Shown piece by piece: positions 34,242 through 43,367 of a stretch of 50,084 bases of DNA. The translations under genes were made by a program, and so were the position numbers. Within the stretch, counting starts at the first letter, position 1. Every line of letters begins with the position of its first letter. Location of the stretch: IMG/VR virus record IMGVR_UViG_3300036795_000133, positions 1 through 50,084 of that record; one strand, given 5' to 3'. The notes under the pieces were generated by a model. That model was not told the origin of the DNA and made no database searches. It saw only the letters and a list, made by a program, of their open reading frames with translations. The DNA comes from a virus.

Positions 34242-35387
34242 ATGCCAGCAAGGATAGACGTACCGCCCGGCACTGTCTTCGGCCACCTTACGGTGATCGA
34301 GGAGACCAGGCTAGCCGACGGTCGGCGGGCGATGTTGTGCCGATGCGGGTGCGGTACGACGAGGAGCGTCTCTACTAGTTCCCTCTTTAACGGCACCACG
34401 AACTCCTGCGGCTGCGGCAACATGGGAGCAGTCATCCCGCCTGGCACTGTCTTCGGGCGGCTGACGGTAATCGAGGAGACCAGGCTGCCCGACGGCCGAC
34501 GCGCGATGATCTGCCGCTGTGAGTGCGGCAAGACGAAGACCGTCGCTGTCAGTGCTCTCTCTAGCGGTGACACGAAGTCGTGCGGGTGCGGCAACCGAAG
34601 GGTGGTCGTTCCGCCCGGGACAGTCTTCGGCCGGCTGACGGTGATCGAGGAAGCGCCTCTGCAAAAGGACTGGAGGCGTGCCATGCTCTGCGTCTGCGAG
34701 TGCGGCTCGCAGGTGGTTGTCCAACTCACCAGCTTGAGTCAGGGGCACTCAAGGTCGTGCGGGTGCGCCCGCAGTACGCGTAACTCGCACAACTTCAAGG
34801 ACCGGACCGGCGAAAGGTACGGCAGGCTAGTCGTTGTCAGGTACCTCGGCACTCGCAGGCAAGGCACTGGTGCGAGCCGCAGGCAGGGCATCGTTACGGA
34901 CTGGCTGTGCAGGTGCGACTGCGGGGGCGAGAGGATCGCCACGGGCAGCTCACTCAGTACCGGTCACACTACAAGCTGCGGATGTGCGAAGTGCAAGCCT
35001 CATCCCGGGCAAGCCGCGAGGAACAGGGTTCTCAACGCTTACCTGTGGGGTGCCCGCGGCCGGAACCTTAAGTGGGAACTGACCGACGAGGAGTTCGACA
35101 GGCTTGTCACCCAAAACTGCGCCTACTGCGGCTGCGAGCCCAGCATGATCGAGAAAGGCGTCCACCCCAGCAGCGGGGATTTCATCCACGGCGGCATCGA
35201 CCGGGTAGACAGCGCCCAAGGCTACGTTATTGCGAACGTGGTCCCCTGCTGCACGATCTGCAATCACGCCAAGATGGCGATGTCACACGCCGAGTTCATG
35301 ACATGGATCGGGCGGCTTGTGAGCTTCCGCGCTAGGCGCCGTAAGCCGGAGAAGGGGCCACAAGCACAGGCGACGACCCTCTTCTAG
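34242..35387 (+). CDS. HNH homing endonuclease with four Cys-rich repeats
   Basis: (G.VFGRLTVIEE...C.C.CG...SCGC)x4; C-terminal CAYC...GIDRVDS..GY...NVVPCC..CN..K. Confidence 0.88.
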   Translation: MPARIDVPPGTVFGHLTVIEETRLADGRRAMLCRCGCGTTRSVSTSSLFNGTTNSCGCGNMGAVIPPGTVFGRLTVIEETRLPDGRRAMICRCECGKTKTVAVSALSSGDTKSCGCGNRRVVVPPGTVFGRLTVIEEAPLQKDWRRAMLCVCECGSQVVVQLTSLSQGHSRSCGCARSTRNSHNFKDRTGERYGRLVVVRYLGTRRQGTGASRRQGIVTDWLCRCDCGGERIATGSSLSTGHTTSCGCAKCKPHPGQAARNRVLNAYLWGARGRNLKWELTDEEFDRLVTQNCAYCGCEPSMIEKGVHPSSGDFIHGGIDRVDSAQGYVIANVVPCCTICNHAKMAMSHAEFMTWIGRLVSFRARRRKPEKGPQAQATTLF

Positions 35388-37759
35388 CCGCCCGTCGTCA
35401 GGGGCGCGGGCACCGTCGATTCCATCGAAAGCAGGCCGCTGAGCGACATGTCCAGGGTTTGCATAGGCGTCAGCGTTGCAACCTGCTGGAAGTCGTCCCA
35501 CGAGTAGCCCGCGATCAGCACGTCAATCGGCCCCGGCTGCACCTCGCCGCCCAGCCCGTAGTCATAGAGGATCATCCGGACGACGTTCCCGGCCTGGTCG
35601 GTCCCTGGATCCACGGGTGCCCCGCCCATGTTGAGCAACTGCCCGTAGCTCGCAGTGAACGTGCCCGTGAAACTCGCGCGCTGATACAGCGCGAGCACGT
35701 TTTGGCCGACTTGCTGCGCCGCCGCAGGGGACAGTACTCCTGCGTTGCTTAGGTCGAGGTACGCCTCGATGGGCCCATGAGCCGTAACTGAAGCCGCGTT
35801 AACCGCGTTGATTACGTTGAAATTGGCGGGAGTATTGGTGGTCGTGTTGTCAGCGGAGACCATGTAACGGATGAGGATGTTGTTAATGTCCCCGCCGAGG
35901 GTCCGCGCAACCGGAGTCGTGCACACCAGCAGCCGGTTAGGCACCGTGGGCAGCGGGAAGACAGAGAGATCGTCGCCGTTGTAAATCCCGCCCGGCTGCG
36001 AGTTCACGTACCACGTCAGTCCGCCGCGAGTGCAGATCAGGTTCAGGAACGCAGTGACGGTGCTGGAACCGGGGTCTGTTGCCTGCCCGAACCAGAACTG
36101 CGAGAAGTACGGGGAGCTGTTCAAGCCAGCGTTAACCCATGGCAGCCCGTTCGCAATAGCCCGGTTGATGATCTCGTCGGGCTCGTCCTGTGGCCACACG
36201 TCATCGATGCTGTAGTACGAGACGAAGTTGACGCCCAGGTTCCCCGTGCCGACGGCGCTCAGATTCCAGCCGCTGGCGGTCGGCACCCCCTCGTCGAGTT
36301 TGCCGTCCCAGACCTGGTGGCCCCCGCGGGTGATCTTCACCTTCCAGCCGGGATCGAAAAGCGCCGTCCGGTATGCGGCGGGGACCATGACGGTGCAGGT
36401 CATTTTGTCGCACCCGCCGGGGCACACGTAGCTGTAGGTGAGGGCGGTGACCTGGCCGAGCGTCCCGAGCCACTGCCAGTTGCTCGACCCGGGCGGCGCC
36501 ACGGCAACCTGGCTCGACCCTGGAAGTGCCTGCGGGGTTCCTGCCCCGCCGACGCCGGAGACCAGCCCGCCGGCTACCTGCGGAATCGAGAGGAAGCCCG
36601 CACCGAACAGGCCCGCGGTGAACTTGAGTGCCTCCGCCGCGGCGACGCTGAGCACCCCCGTGCCTGCCAGGGCGGCGGACTGGAGGATGAGCCCGGTGTA
36701 CTGCGCGGTGAGCGTCCCGGTTCCGCTCAGCGCGGCGGCTCTCGCCCAGCCGACGACGCCGGCCGTGCTGAGCGTCCCCGACCCGGCGAGGGCGGCGGAC
36801 ACCTGCCCGGGAGTCATGACGACCGCGGAGGCGGTGAGCGACCCCGTGCCGAGTAGGACGGCGGCTGCAGGCACGGCGAGCGCCGGGGTGCCGCTGAGCG
36901 TCCCGGAGCCGGACAGGGCGGCTGCGGCGCGGACCGATGTCAGTTCCGCTGCGGCGAGCGTCCCGGACCCGCTCAGTGACGCGCCGGCACCGAATACGGT
37001 GATCGCCTGGTAGAGAAGTACGGCGATGCCGCTCACGCTGTCTGACGGGTCGCCGATGTTCGGGTGCTGCGCCCCGGTGCCGCAGTTGGCGTTGTAGGCG
37101 ACCGGGTTGCCGTTGGGGTCGATGTAGTAGCTGAACCCGGCGGTAGATCCTGCGGTACCGGTGCCTGAGTCGAACAGGCAGCCCCAGAACAGCTCCCCGG
37201 AGCCGTGGGCGGGGGTGAGGCTGGGGAACGACCCGGCGGACGCGACGTCCACGGTGCCGGAGGAGTCGAGTACGACGGCGCTGTAGCCGAGTGAGCCGGC
37301 GAACTCCTGCCACACGGTGCGCGTCACCGGGTTGCCCGCGGCGAACGAGATAGTCACCGTCGCGCTGCTCGCGGCGGTGACCTTGCCCTTGAACAGGGTC
37401 TGCACCACGACGTTGTGCGTGAAGACCGTGTGGGTGACCAGGGGGGACGCGTCCCAGGTCACGTTGGTGCTGCTGAGCGACGTGGCGTAGTCGGCGGTGG
37501 TCTCGGAGATGACGCTGACGACGATGAAGTGATCGCCGCCCGAGTCGTGGACGGCGTGCGGCGTCAGGGTGAAGGTGTGGGCGGTCGTCGCGGACGGGGC
37601 AGCTACGGCGGTGAACGCCGGGACGGCCACGCTCCCGCCGGCGCTCAGCGTCCCGCTGCCTGAGAGGGCGGCTGCGGCACCGCCCGAGCCCTCGGCCAGC
37701 AGGTGCCCGCCGGCCTCCGTCAGCAGCGCCCCGCCGGCCTCGGTGAGGAGACGGGCCAT
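35384..37759 (-). CDS. Minor tail protein (hub/Tal-like C-terminal region, ALSGSGTL repeats)
   Basis: Position in tail module; LLTEAGG N-terminal repeats; VKITRGGHQVWDGKL. Confidence 0.7.
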   Translation of the reverse strand: MARLLTEAGGALLTEAGGHLLAEGSGGAAAALSGSGTLSAGGSVAVPAFTAVAAPSATTAHTFTLTPHAVHDSGGDHFIVVSVISETTADYATSLSSTNVTWDASPLVTHTVFTHNVVVQTLFKGKVTAASSATVTISFAAGNPVTRTVWQEFAGSLGYSAVVLDSSGTVDVASAGSFPSLTPAHGSGELFWGCLFDSGTGTAGSTAGFSYYIDPNGNPVAYNANCGTGAQHPNIGDPSDSVSGIAVLLYQAITVFGAGASLSGSGTLAAAELTSVRAAAALSGSGTLSGTPALAVPAAAVLLGTGSLTASAVVMTPGQVSAALAGSGTLSTAGVVGWARAAALSGTGTLTAQYTGLILQSAALAGTGVLSVAAAEALKFTAGLFGAGFLSIPQVAGGLVSGVGGAGTPQALPGSSQVAVAPPGSSNWQWLGTLGQVTALTYSYVCPGGCDKMTCTVMVPAAYRTALFDPGWKVKITRGGHQVWDGKLDEGVPTASGWNLSAVGTGNLGVNFVSYYSIDDVWPQDEPDEIINRAIANGLPWVNAGLNSSPYFSQFWFGQATDPGSSTVTAFLNLICTRGGLTWYVNSQPGGIYNGDDLSVFPLPTVPNRLLVCTTPVARTLGGDINNILIRYMVSADNTTTNTPANFNVINAVNAASVTAHGPIEAYLDLSNAGVLSPAAAQQVGQNVLALYQRASFTGTFTASYGQLLNMGGAPVDPGTDQAGNVVRMILYDYGLGGEVQPGPIDVLIAGYSWDDFQQVATLTPMQTLDMSLSGLLSMESTVPAPLTTGG

Positions 37760-39423
37760 CAGGCCGTCGCGGGGGTTACGTCAAGGCACGACCCGGCCAG
37801 GACTGACACCTCGTCGCCGCTGGTCCCGGACTGCACCGTGAGCTGCAGGGTGCCGGCTGCCGTCACCACGGCGTACGCCTCGAAGTCGAGCGGGTAGGTG
37901 GTCGTCGTCAGCACCGGGGACAGGCCCGAGCTCACCGTCAGCGACGTCCCGGCGGCGGGTGCGGTGTAGGAGGACGTCTTGAACTGCCAGGCCGCCTGAA
38001 CTGAGGACGCGGTGCCGCCGAATGTCCACGCGAACGTCTGCGTGGACCCGGTGGTACCGTGCGCGGTGTACCAGAGCCGAGCGCGCAGGCGGCAGGTGCC
38101 GACCGGGAGGGCGACGGCCATCCCGGTGACGTTCTGCGCGGACGTGCCGGTACCGCTGTTGAACGTCGAACCGAGCGTCACCTGGAGCTGCTGCCCCGCG
38201 GGAAGCCTGTTCGCCAGCGGCACCGCGTTGCTGCCGTCGTCATGGGTGGCCGCGCCCGAGCCGGCCAGGTACGAGCTCGTGAACGTCATGCTGCCGGCGG
38301 CGCTGCCGGCCTGCGCGGCGCCGTAGTAGGCACCGTAGGCGAAGCAGTTCGACCCCATGATCCGCGCCGGGCTGCCGCTGCTGCGGAACCCGGCGTAAGT
38401 GGTGCCGCCCGCCTGGCCGTCGTCGATGGCGAAGCAGCCGGTCAGATGGTACTGGCCGTTGGGGTTGCTGTTCGGGTTGTCGAAGAAGAACCCGTCGAAG
38501 TTGTTCAGGTGCGTCGTGCACCCGGTGAGCGCCAGGGCGGCGTCGGGGTAGCCCATGCCGGTGAGGTGGAACCCGGCACTCCCGTTGTTCTCGCTCTTGC
38601 AGGCGGTCAGGCGGGTGTTCGTGCTCCAGTTCAGGAGCCAGCCGTCGAGGTTGTTCTCACTGGAGTTGACGTCGGTGAACACCGAGTCGGGCAGGTTGTC
38701 CGCCCAGACTCCGTTCCCGTTGCGGGCAGCGGAGAGCTTGGTGTTGCGGACCGTCCACTCGTCGGGCTCGTCCCCGGAGGTGGCATTCGCCACGAAGCGC
38801 AGGCAGTCCTGATCTGGGCGGTGCACGGTCACGCCCGTGATGAACCCCGCCCCCCAGGCCCCGTTGACGAGGATGCCGTGGCAGCCGGAGCCGCCCGTCG
38901 AGAAGCCCTCTATGCAGAAGTCCTCCAGCGAGACGCCGCTGTACTGGGTGCCGGTGGCATTCGTCATGTTGATGATGCCCGCGCCCGAGAAGCCGCTGAC
39001 CGCGTAGATCGTCGTCCCGCCGCTGAACCCGGACCCGGCGGGGCCGTAGGTGTCGTTCTGGCTGGACGCCCACGGCTGCGCGCCCTTGATACCGGACCCG
39101 GACGCGGGCAGCAGCGGAGACGACACGTAGTACGGGGTAGTGCTGAGAGGCGCCTGGAGCAGCTTGACCGTGCCGCCGTTGGCGATGACGTTGTTGATCG
39201 CGGTTACATCGGCCGCGCCGCTGCTGTCCCCGGACGGGAACAGGTAAGTGCCGACGCCGAGTAGCTGCCCGATGGTCAGCCACTTGTCCGCGCCGGCCGA
39301 CCCGTGCGGGTTTGTCGTGGTGTCGGCAGGGTCGACGGCCGCTATCTTCCCGGCCGGCGTCGGGCTCGCCCAGGGGGACAGCCCCGTAGTACCGGACGAG
39401 CCCCCGATCGAGTAGTCGGTCAC
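37759..39423 (-). CDS. Tail spike / right-handed beta-helix (pectate-lyase-like) receptor-binding protein
   Basis: SGDSSGAADVTAINN start; repeated N..DG/G..L rungs. Confidence 0.75.
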   Translation of the reverse strand: MTDYSIGGSSGTTGLSPWASPTPAGKIAAVDPADTTTNPHGSAGADKWLTIGQLLGVGTYLFPSGDSSGAADVTAINNVIANGGTVKLLQAPLSTTPYYVSSPLLPASGSGIKGAQPWASSQNDTYGPAGSGFSGGTTIYAVSGFSGAGIINMTNATGTQYSGVSLEDFCIEGFSTGGSGCHGILVNGAWGAGFITGVTVHRPDQDCLRFVANATSGDEPDEWTVRNTKLSAARNGNGVWADNLPDSVFTDVNSSENNLDGWLLNWSTNTRLTACKSENNGSAGFHLTGMGYPDAALALTGCTTHLNNFDGFFFDNPNSNPNGQYHLTGCFAIDDGQAGGTTYAGFRSSGSPARIMGSNCFAYGAYYGAAQAGSAAGSMTFTSSYLAGSGAATHDDGSNAVPLANRLPAGQQLQVTLGSTFNSGTGTSAQNVTGMAVALPVGTCRLRARLWYTAHGTTGSTQTFAWTFGGTASSVQAAWQFKTSSYTAPAAGTSLTVSSGLSPVLTTTTYPLDFEAYAVVTAAGTLQLTVQSGTSGDEVSVLAGSCLDVTPATA

Positions 39424-39459
39424 AGAGAACCCCTTTGAGTAAGCCCCGGAAGGGCGTTC

Positions 39460-40137
39460 TTAGGTGAAGATGCCGGCCGATACCAGGCTGTTGACGATGT
39501 TCGTGACGATGTTCGTGACGCTCGCCGCCCAGGCCGAGTTGTAGGTGCTGCTGGGGGACCCCGGCAGGCTGGTGCGGCCGACCGGGGCCACGTGGGAGCC
39601 GGCCAGGGTCATCGCGGAGGCCGTAACCCGCCCGGTGACGGCGTGGTTCCCGTTGGTAGTCACCTGGCCGCCGGGGCTGGAAAGCGTGCCGGACAGGATC
39701 ACGTCGCCGGTGAACGTCCCGCCTCCGGTCACGTGCACGTTGCTGCCGAACGACCCGCCGGCGCTGGCTGACACCGACCCGCCCACCACGTGGTTGCCGT
39801 CCACCTGCAGGCCGCCGGTGACGTGCCCGCTGCCCGCTACCTCTATCGCGGCGGAGCCGCCGGTGGTGTTGACCCTGAGCTGCGTGCCGACCGTGTGCGT
39901 GCCGGTGACCGTCATGCTGCCGTTGACCGTGCCGCCGGTGTTGGGGAAGACGACGGGGATGAGGTTGTTGAGGCGGTCTTCCGTGCTGCGCGCCTTGGGC
40001 GTGTTGGCCGTGCCGGTGAGCGCCGTCATGCCGACGAGGGCCCACAGCAGCTGGAGCACCTCGGAGTTGCGCTTCACTGCCCGGCCGCCCATGTAGACGG
40101 CGAGCAGGGCGAGCCCGAGCAGAAGAAGCTTTTTCAT
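39460..40137 (-). CDS. Minor tail protein with hydrophobic N-terminus and Gly/Val/Thr repeats
   Basis: GGTVNGSMTVTG fibre-like repeats; coupled to upstream gene. Confidence 0.6.
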   Translation of the reverse strand: MKKLLLLGLALLAVYMGGRAVKRNSEVLQLLWALVGMTALTGTANTPKARSTEDRLNNLIPVVFPNTGGTVNGSMTVTGTHTVGTQLRVNTTGGSAAIEVAGSGHVTGGLQVDGNHVVGGSVSASAGGSFGSNVHVTGGGTFTGDVILSGTLSSPGGQVTTNGNHAVTGRVTASAMTLAGSHVAPVGRTSLPGSPSSTYNSAWAASVTNIVTNIVNSLVSAGIFT

Positions 40138-43100
40138 CAGGCGCTCCTATCGAAAAACCAGGCCGAATAGTACGAAAGCGACACATTCGGGGCGGCAGCG
40201 TCAGCGCTGTAGACGAAGAGCGCATTGTCAGAATCCGCGGGCTCCACGAACAGCGGGCCCCCGGAGATGTACGGGGTGTTGTCCATCACGCTGATCGCGT
40301 TGGGGCGCCCGGACTGGCTGCCCATGATCCGGCCGAGGGAGACGTTGGGATCGGGCGCATCCAGGAAATACGTGACGTATCCGCTGGTCGGCTCGTTGAT
40401 GACCACGCACTGGCCCTGCGTGTCAATGAAGATGCAGTCCAGGAAGCGGTCACTCGTGTTGCTGTCCGTGACGGACACCGTGTAATAGCCGCCCAAGTTG
40501 TCCGGTGCGACGCTTTTCACGGGCAACGTCAGCACGCCCGCGGTCAGGATGCCGTTGCTGACCTGGTTCGGCGCGACCGTGACCGGCAGGGTGGCGACGC
40601 TATAGCCGGGCCCTCCCGCGTACTCGTACTGCGTGACCGTGACCGTGATGTTCCTGGTCGTGCCGCTCGAGCTGCCGCCGCTCCACGACGAGGCGACCAG
40701 GTAGACCGTGTACGTCCCGCCGAAGTCCGCGTTAATGCCGACGGTGGGCTGCGGCATCGTGTACTGGTGCGTCCCGTCGGGCGGATCCGCGCCCGCGCCG
40801 ACCGACACCAGCGGCTGGAACGTCTTGAGCGCGCCCAGCGGCGGCCTCGCAACGATGAGGCTCTTGAACGCGCTGGACAGGTACGGGGTGATGACAAGCT
40901 GGCCGTGACCGCCCGCGCCGCCCGCGAGGGTGCTGCCCGAGGAGTCCGCGCCGCCTCCGCCTCCGCCCGGAGCGCCGCCCGCCGAACCTGCGGAACCCGC
41001 GGTCGCCCCGCCGTTGCCGCCCGCCCCGCCTCCGCTGACCGCCGTCCCGCCCGCCGCTGTCGGTGCCCCGGTTGTCGCCGGGTAGGTGAGCCTGACCTGC
41101 CCTGCCGCGCCCGCCCCGCCGGCGTAGGAACTGAAGTACGACCCGCCGCCGCCTCCGCCGGGTGCCGAGCCCGCCGTGCCCGTGCCGTTGCCCGATCCGG
41201 AACCGCTGCCGCCCGCACCGCCCTGGTTCGGGGCCGGGGCACCGCCGGGGCTGCTGCCGTTGTTGCCCTGCGCGGACGGCCCTGCAGAGGAACCTCCTCC
41301 GCCGGTGTACGGGTAGGCGTTGCCGCCCTGCCCGCCGTTATGCCCGGTGGTCCCGGTGCCTCCCGACCCGCCGGAGCCCTGGCCGCCGTAGCCGGTGTCC
41401 TGCCCGCCGTGCCCCGGCTCGGCGATGCACTGGACTCCGCCGTCGCCGGTGAAGCTCGACAGGCCGCCGTTCGACCCGTTCCCGCTGCCGGTTCCCCCGG
41501 CCCCGCCCGCCCCGACGACGAGCGTGTAGTAGGTGCCCGGGGTGACCGGGATAAGCCGGCTGCGGTACTCGCCGCCGCCGCCCCCGGCCCCGTTCTCACC
41601 CGAGCCGCCCGACGCGCCGCCGCCGCCCGCGGCCCACGCCTCCGCCAGCACCTGGAAGACGCCCGCAGGGCACAGCCACCCGGTGCCGGAGCCGGTGTAG
41701 GTGCCTGCCGTCGCGTAGAGGACCGACCCGGAGCCCATCGGCGTGTTGCCCGCCGACAACGGTCCCGCCGAGGAGCCGCCTCCGCCTCCGAACGTGCCCG
41801 ACGGGTTAGCCCGCCCCGCCCCGCCGGGGTACTCAACCGAGTTCAGGCTCCCCAGCCCGCCGAGGCCCGCCGAAGTGCCGTTCGTCGCCACCGACCCGCC
41901 GCCGTTGGCGAGCACCTGCAGCGTTCCGCCGGGAGCAGGGCCGAATACCGTCTGCTGGCCAGCCAGCGGCGACGCTCCTGCCGCCGCACCTATGCCGACC
42001 ACGTACGGGATGACCTGGCCTGCCGAGGCCGGGAAGACCGCCTCGGCCGCGTACTCCGCACCGCCGCCGCCCGGCCCGACTCCCGCCGCGGTCATGCCCG
42101 CGCCTGCCCCGCCGCCTCCGGTGCTCTCGACCTTCAGGTAGGCGGTGTTCGCCGGGACGGTGTAGGTGCCGGGCCCTGTCGCCGTGATCGTCGTCGGCGT
42201 GCCGGCGGTCGGCGGCTGCTGGAAACTCATGCTCACCGGGGCGCGAGCCGTACCAGCCACCCCGTACAGCGTGTAGACCGCGCCTCTCACGACTGGCGCG
42301 ACGAACTGGCTGCCCGGGTAGGCAGTGAGCGCGTCAAGGTAGGCGGTGACCCAGGACAGCCGCCGGACCCGGTCCTGCCGGTTGAGGACCGTCAGCGCGT
42401 AACTCGCTACCGACGAGTAGTTGAATGTCGCGCTGTTCTGCGGGACAGGCACGCTGACTCGGGTGAACACCGGGGCCTGCGCCGACTGGGACACCGGCAG
42501 GAGGAGATTCCCGCGGGAGAAGGAAAGCGTGTTCCCGGACGTGTCGGTGAGGGTGAAGTAGAAGCTCGTCCCGTGGATCTTGCCGTGGTACTCCAGGTTC
42601 GCGTACCACCGGGAGCCGAGGCCGAACCACATCTGCAGCGACGTCATGCCTGTCAGGTTCAGCGGGCTCGAGAACGAGGTGCCGTAGGTGAGCTCCGTCT
42701 CCTGCCCGCCCGAGTCGCCGAAGGAATCGGGGTCCCAGCAGCCCGTATACGGCCCTACGACGCACTGGCTCGACTGGCTGAACTGGACGGAGGAGATCGC
42801 CGCGAAGTTGTCCAGCACCACCGGGGTAGGCGGCGGCGTGACGGCCGGGGACGTCGCCACCGGAGAGGCGAAGCTGACCTGCGTCTGGGTGGCGGATCTG
42901 CCGTAGGGGAGCGCCGGGATGGTGATCTCGACTTGCATCCCGATGAGCTGTTTTTCAATGAGCGTGGAAAAAATAGGGACCGTTGGCTGAGCCCGGAAGC
43001 AGTCGAATACCAGCGGGAGCGGGGTATTGCCGGGGTTGCCCGCGGTGGGGTCGCGGGTCCACGTGATTGTAAAGAAGTCCTGGTCAATAGCTTGCTGGAG

Positions 43101-43367
43101 GGCTTCGCGAGCAGCCGCCAGGCACTGTCGCGTCGGCGCAGTTATCCAGATCGGGAGTTTGATCGTCCTGTTGGACGCACGGCGGCCGAACGGGCGCTCG
43201 CCGTCGAGCAGGAGGCTCGCGACGAAATCCGTCGTCGGCTGCGGGGCTCCCGGATCAGCCCCGGGCTGCAACCGGAACATTGCTCCGGTACATAGGGGGT
43301 TGACGCTCGCGACCCCGCCTCCCAGGATCTCGATCGCATTAGAAATTACAAGTGAGTCGTAGCCCAC
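40137..43367 (-). CDS. Distal tail (Dit-like) protein with glycine-rich insertion
   Basis: Immediately after TMP; N-terminal GERPFGRR..NRTIKLPIWI; YTVPANT...GGGGAG glycine-rich domains. Confidence 0.75.
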   Translation of the reverse strand: MGYDSLVISNAIEILGGGVASVNPLCTGAMFRLQPGADPGAPQPTTDFVASLLLDGERPFGRRASNRTIKLPIWITAPTRQCLAAAREALQQAIDQDFFTITWTRDPTAGNPGNTPLPLVFDCFRAQPTVPIFSTLIEKQLIGMQVEITIPALPYGRSATQTQVSFASPVATSPAVTPPPTPVVLDNFAAISSVQFSQSSQCVVGPYTGCWDPDSFGDSGGQETELTYGTSFSSPLNLTGMTSLQMWFGLGSRWYANLEYHGKIHGTSFYFTLTDTSGNTLSFSRGNLLLPVSQSAQAPVFTRVSVPVPQNSATFNYSSVASYALTVLNRQDRVRRLSWVTAYLDALTAYPGSQFVAPVVRGAVYTLYGVAGTARAPVSMSFQQPPTAGTPTTITATGPGTYTVPANTAYLKVESTGGGGAGAGMTAAGVGPGGGGAEYAAEAVFPASAGQVIPYVVGIGAAAGASPLAGQQTVFGPAPGGTLQVLANGGGSVATNGTSAGLGGLGSLNSVEYPGGAGRANPSGTFGGGGGSSAGPLSAGNTPMGSGSVLYATAGTYTGSGTGWLCPAGVFQVLAEAWAAGGGGASGGSGENGAGGGGGEYRSRLIPVTPGTYYTLVVGAGGAGGTGSGNGSNGGLSSFTGDGGVQCIAEPGHGGQDTGYGGQGSGGSGGTGTTGHNGGQGGNAYPYTGGGGSSAGPSAQGNNGSSPGGAPAPNQGGAGGSGSGSGNGTGTAGSAPGGGGGGSYFSSYAGGAGAAGQVRLTYPATTGAPTAAGGTAVSGGGAGGNGGATAGSAGSAGGAPGGGGGGADSSGSTLAGGAGGHGQLVITPYLSSAFKSLIVARPPLGALKTFQPLVSVGAGADPPDGTHQYTMPQPTVGINADFGGTYTVYLVASSWSGGSSSGTTRNITVTVTQYEYAGGPGYSVATLPVTVAPNQVSNGILTAGVLTLPVKSVAPDNLGGYYTVSVTDSNTSDRFLDCIFIDTQGQCVVINEPTSGYVTYFLDAPDPNVSLGRIMGSQSGRPNAISVMDNTPYISGGPLFVEPADSDNALFVYSADAAAPNVSLSYYSAWFFDRSA

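Noticed and set aside
39460-40137. Holin/lysis gene
   Set aside because: Hydrophobic start but fibre-like repeats follow; no endolysin recognised in the window
40900-42150. PE-PGRS-like host gene
   Set aside because: The glycine-rich segment is internal to the Dit-like tail protein and has no PE domain
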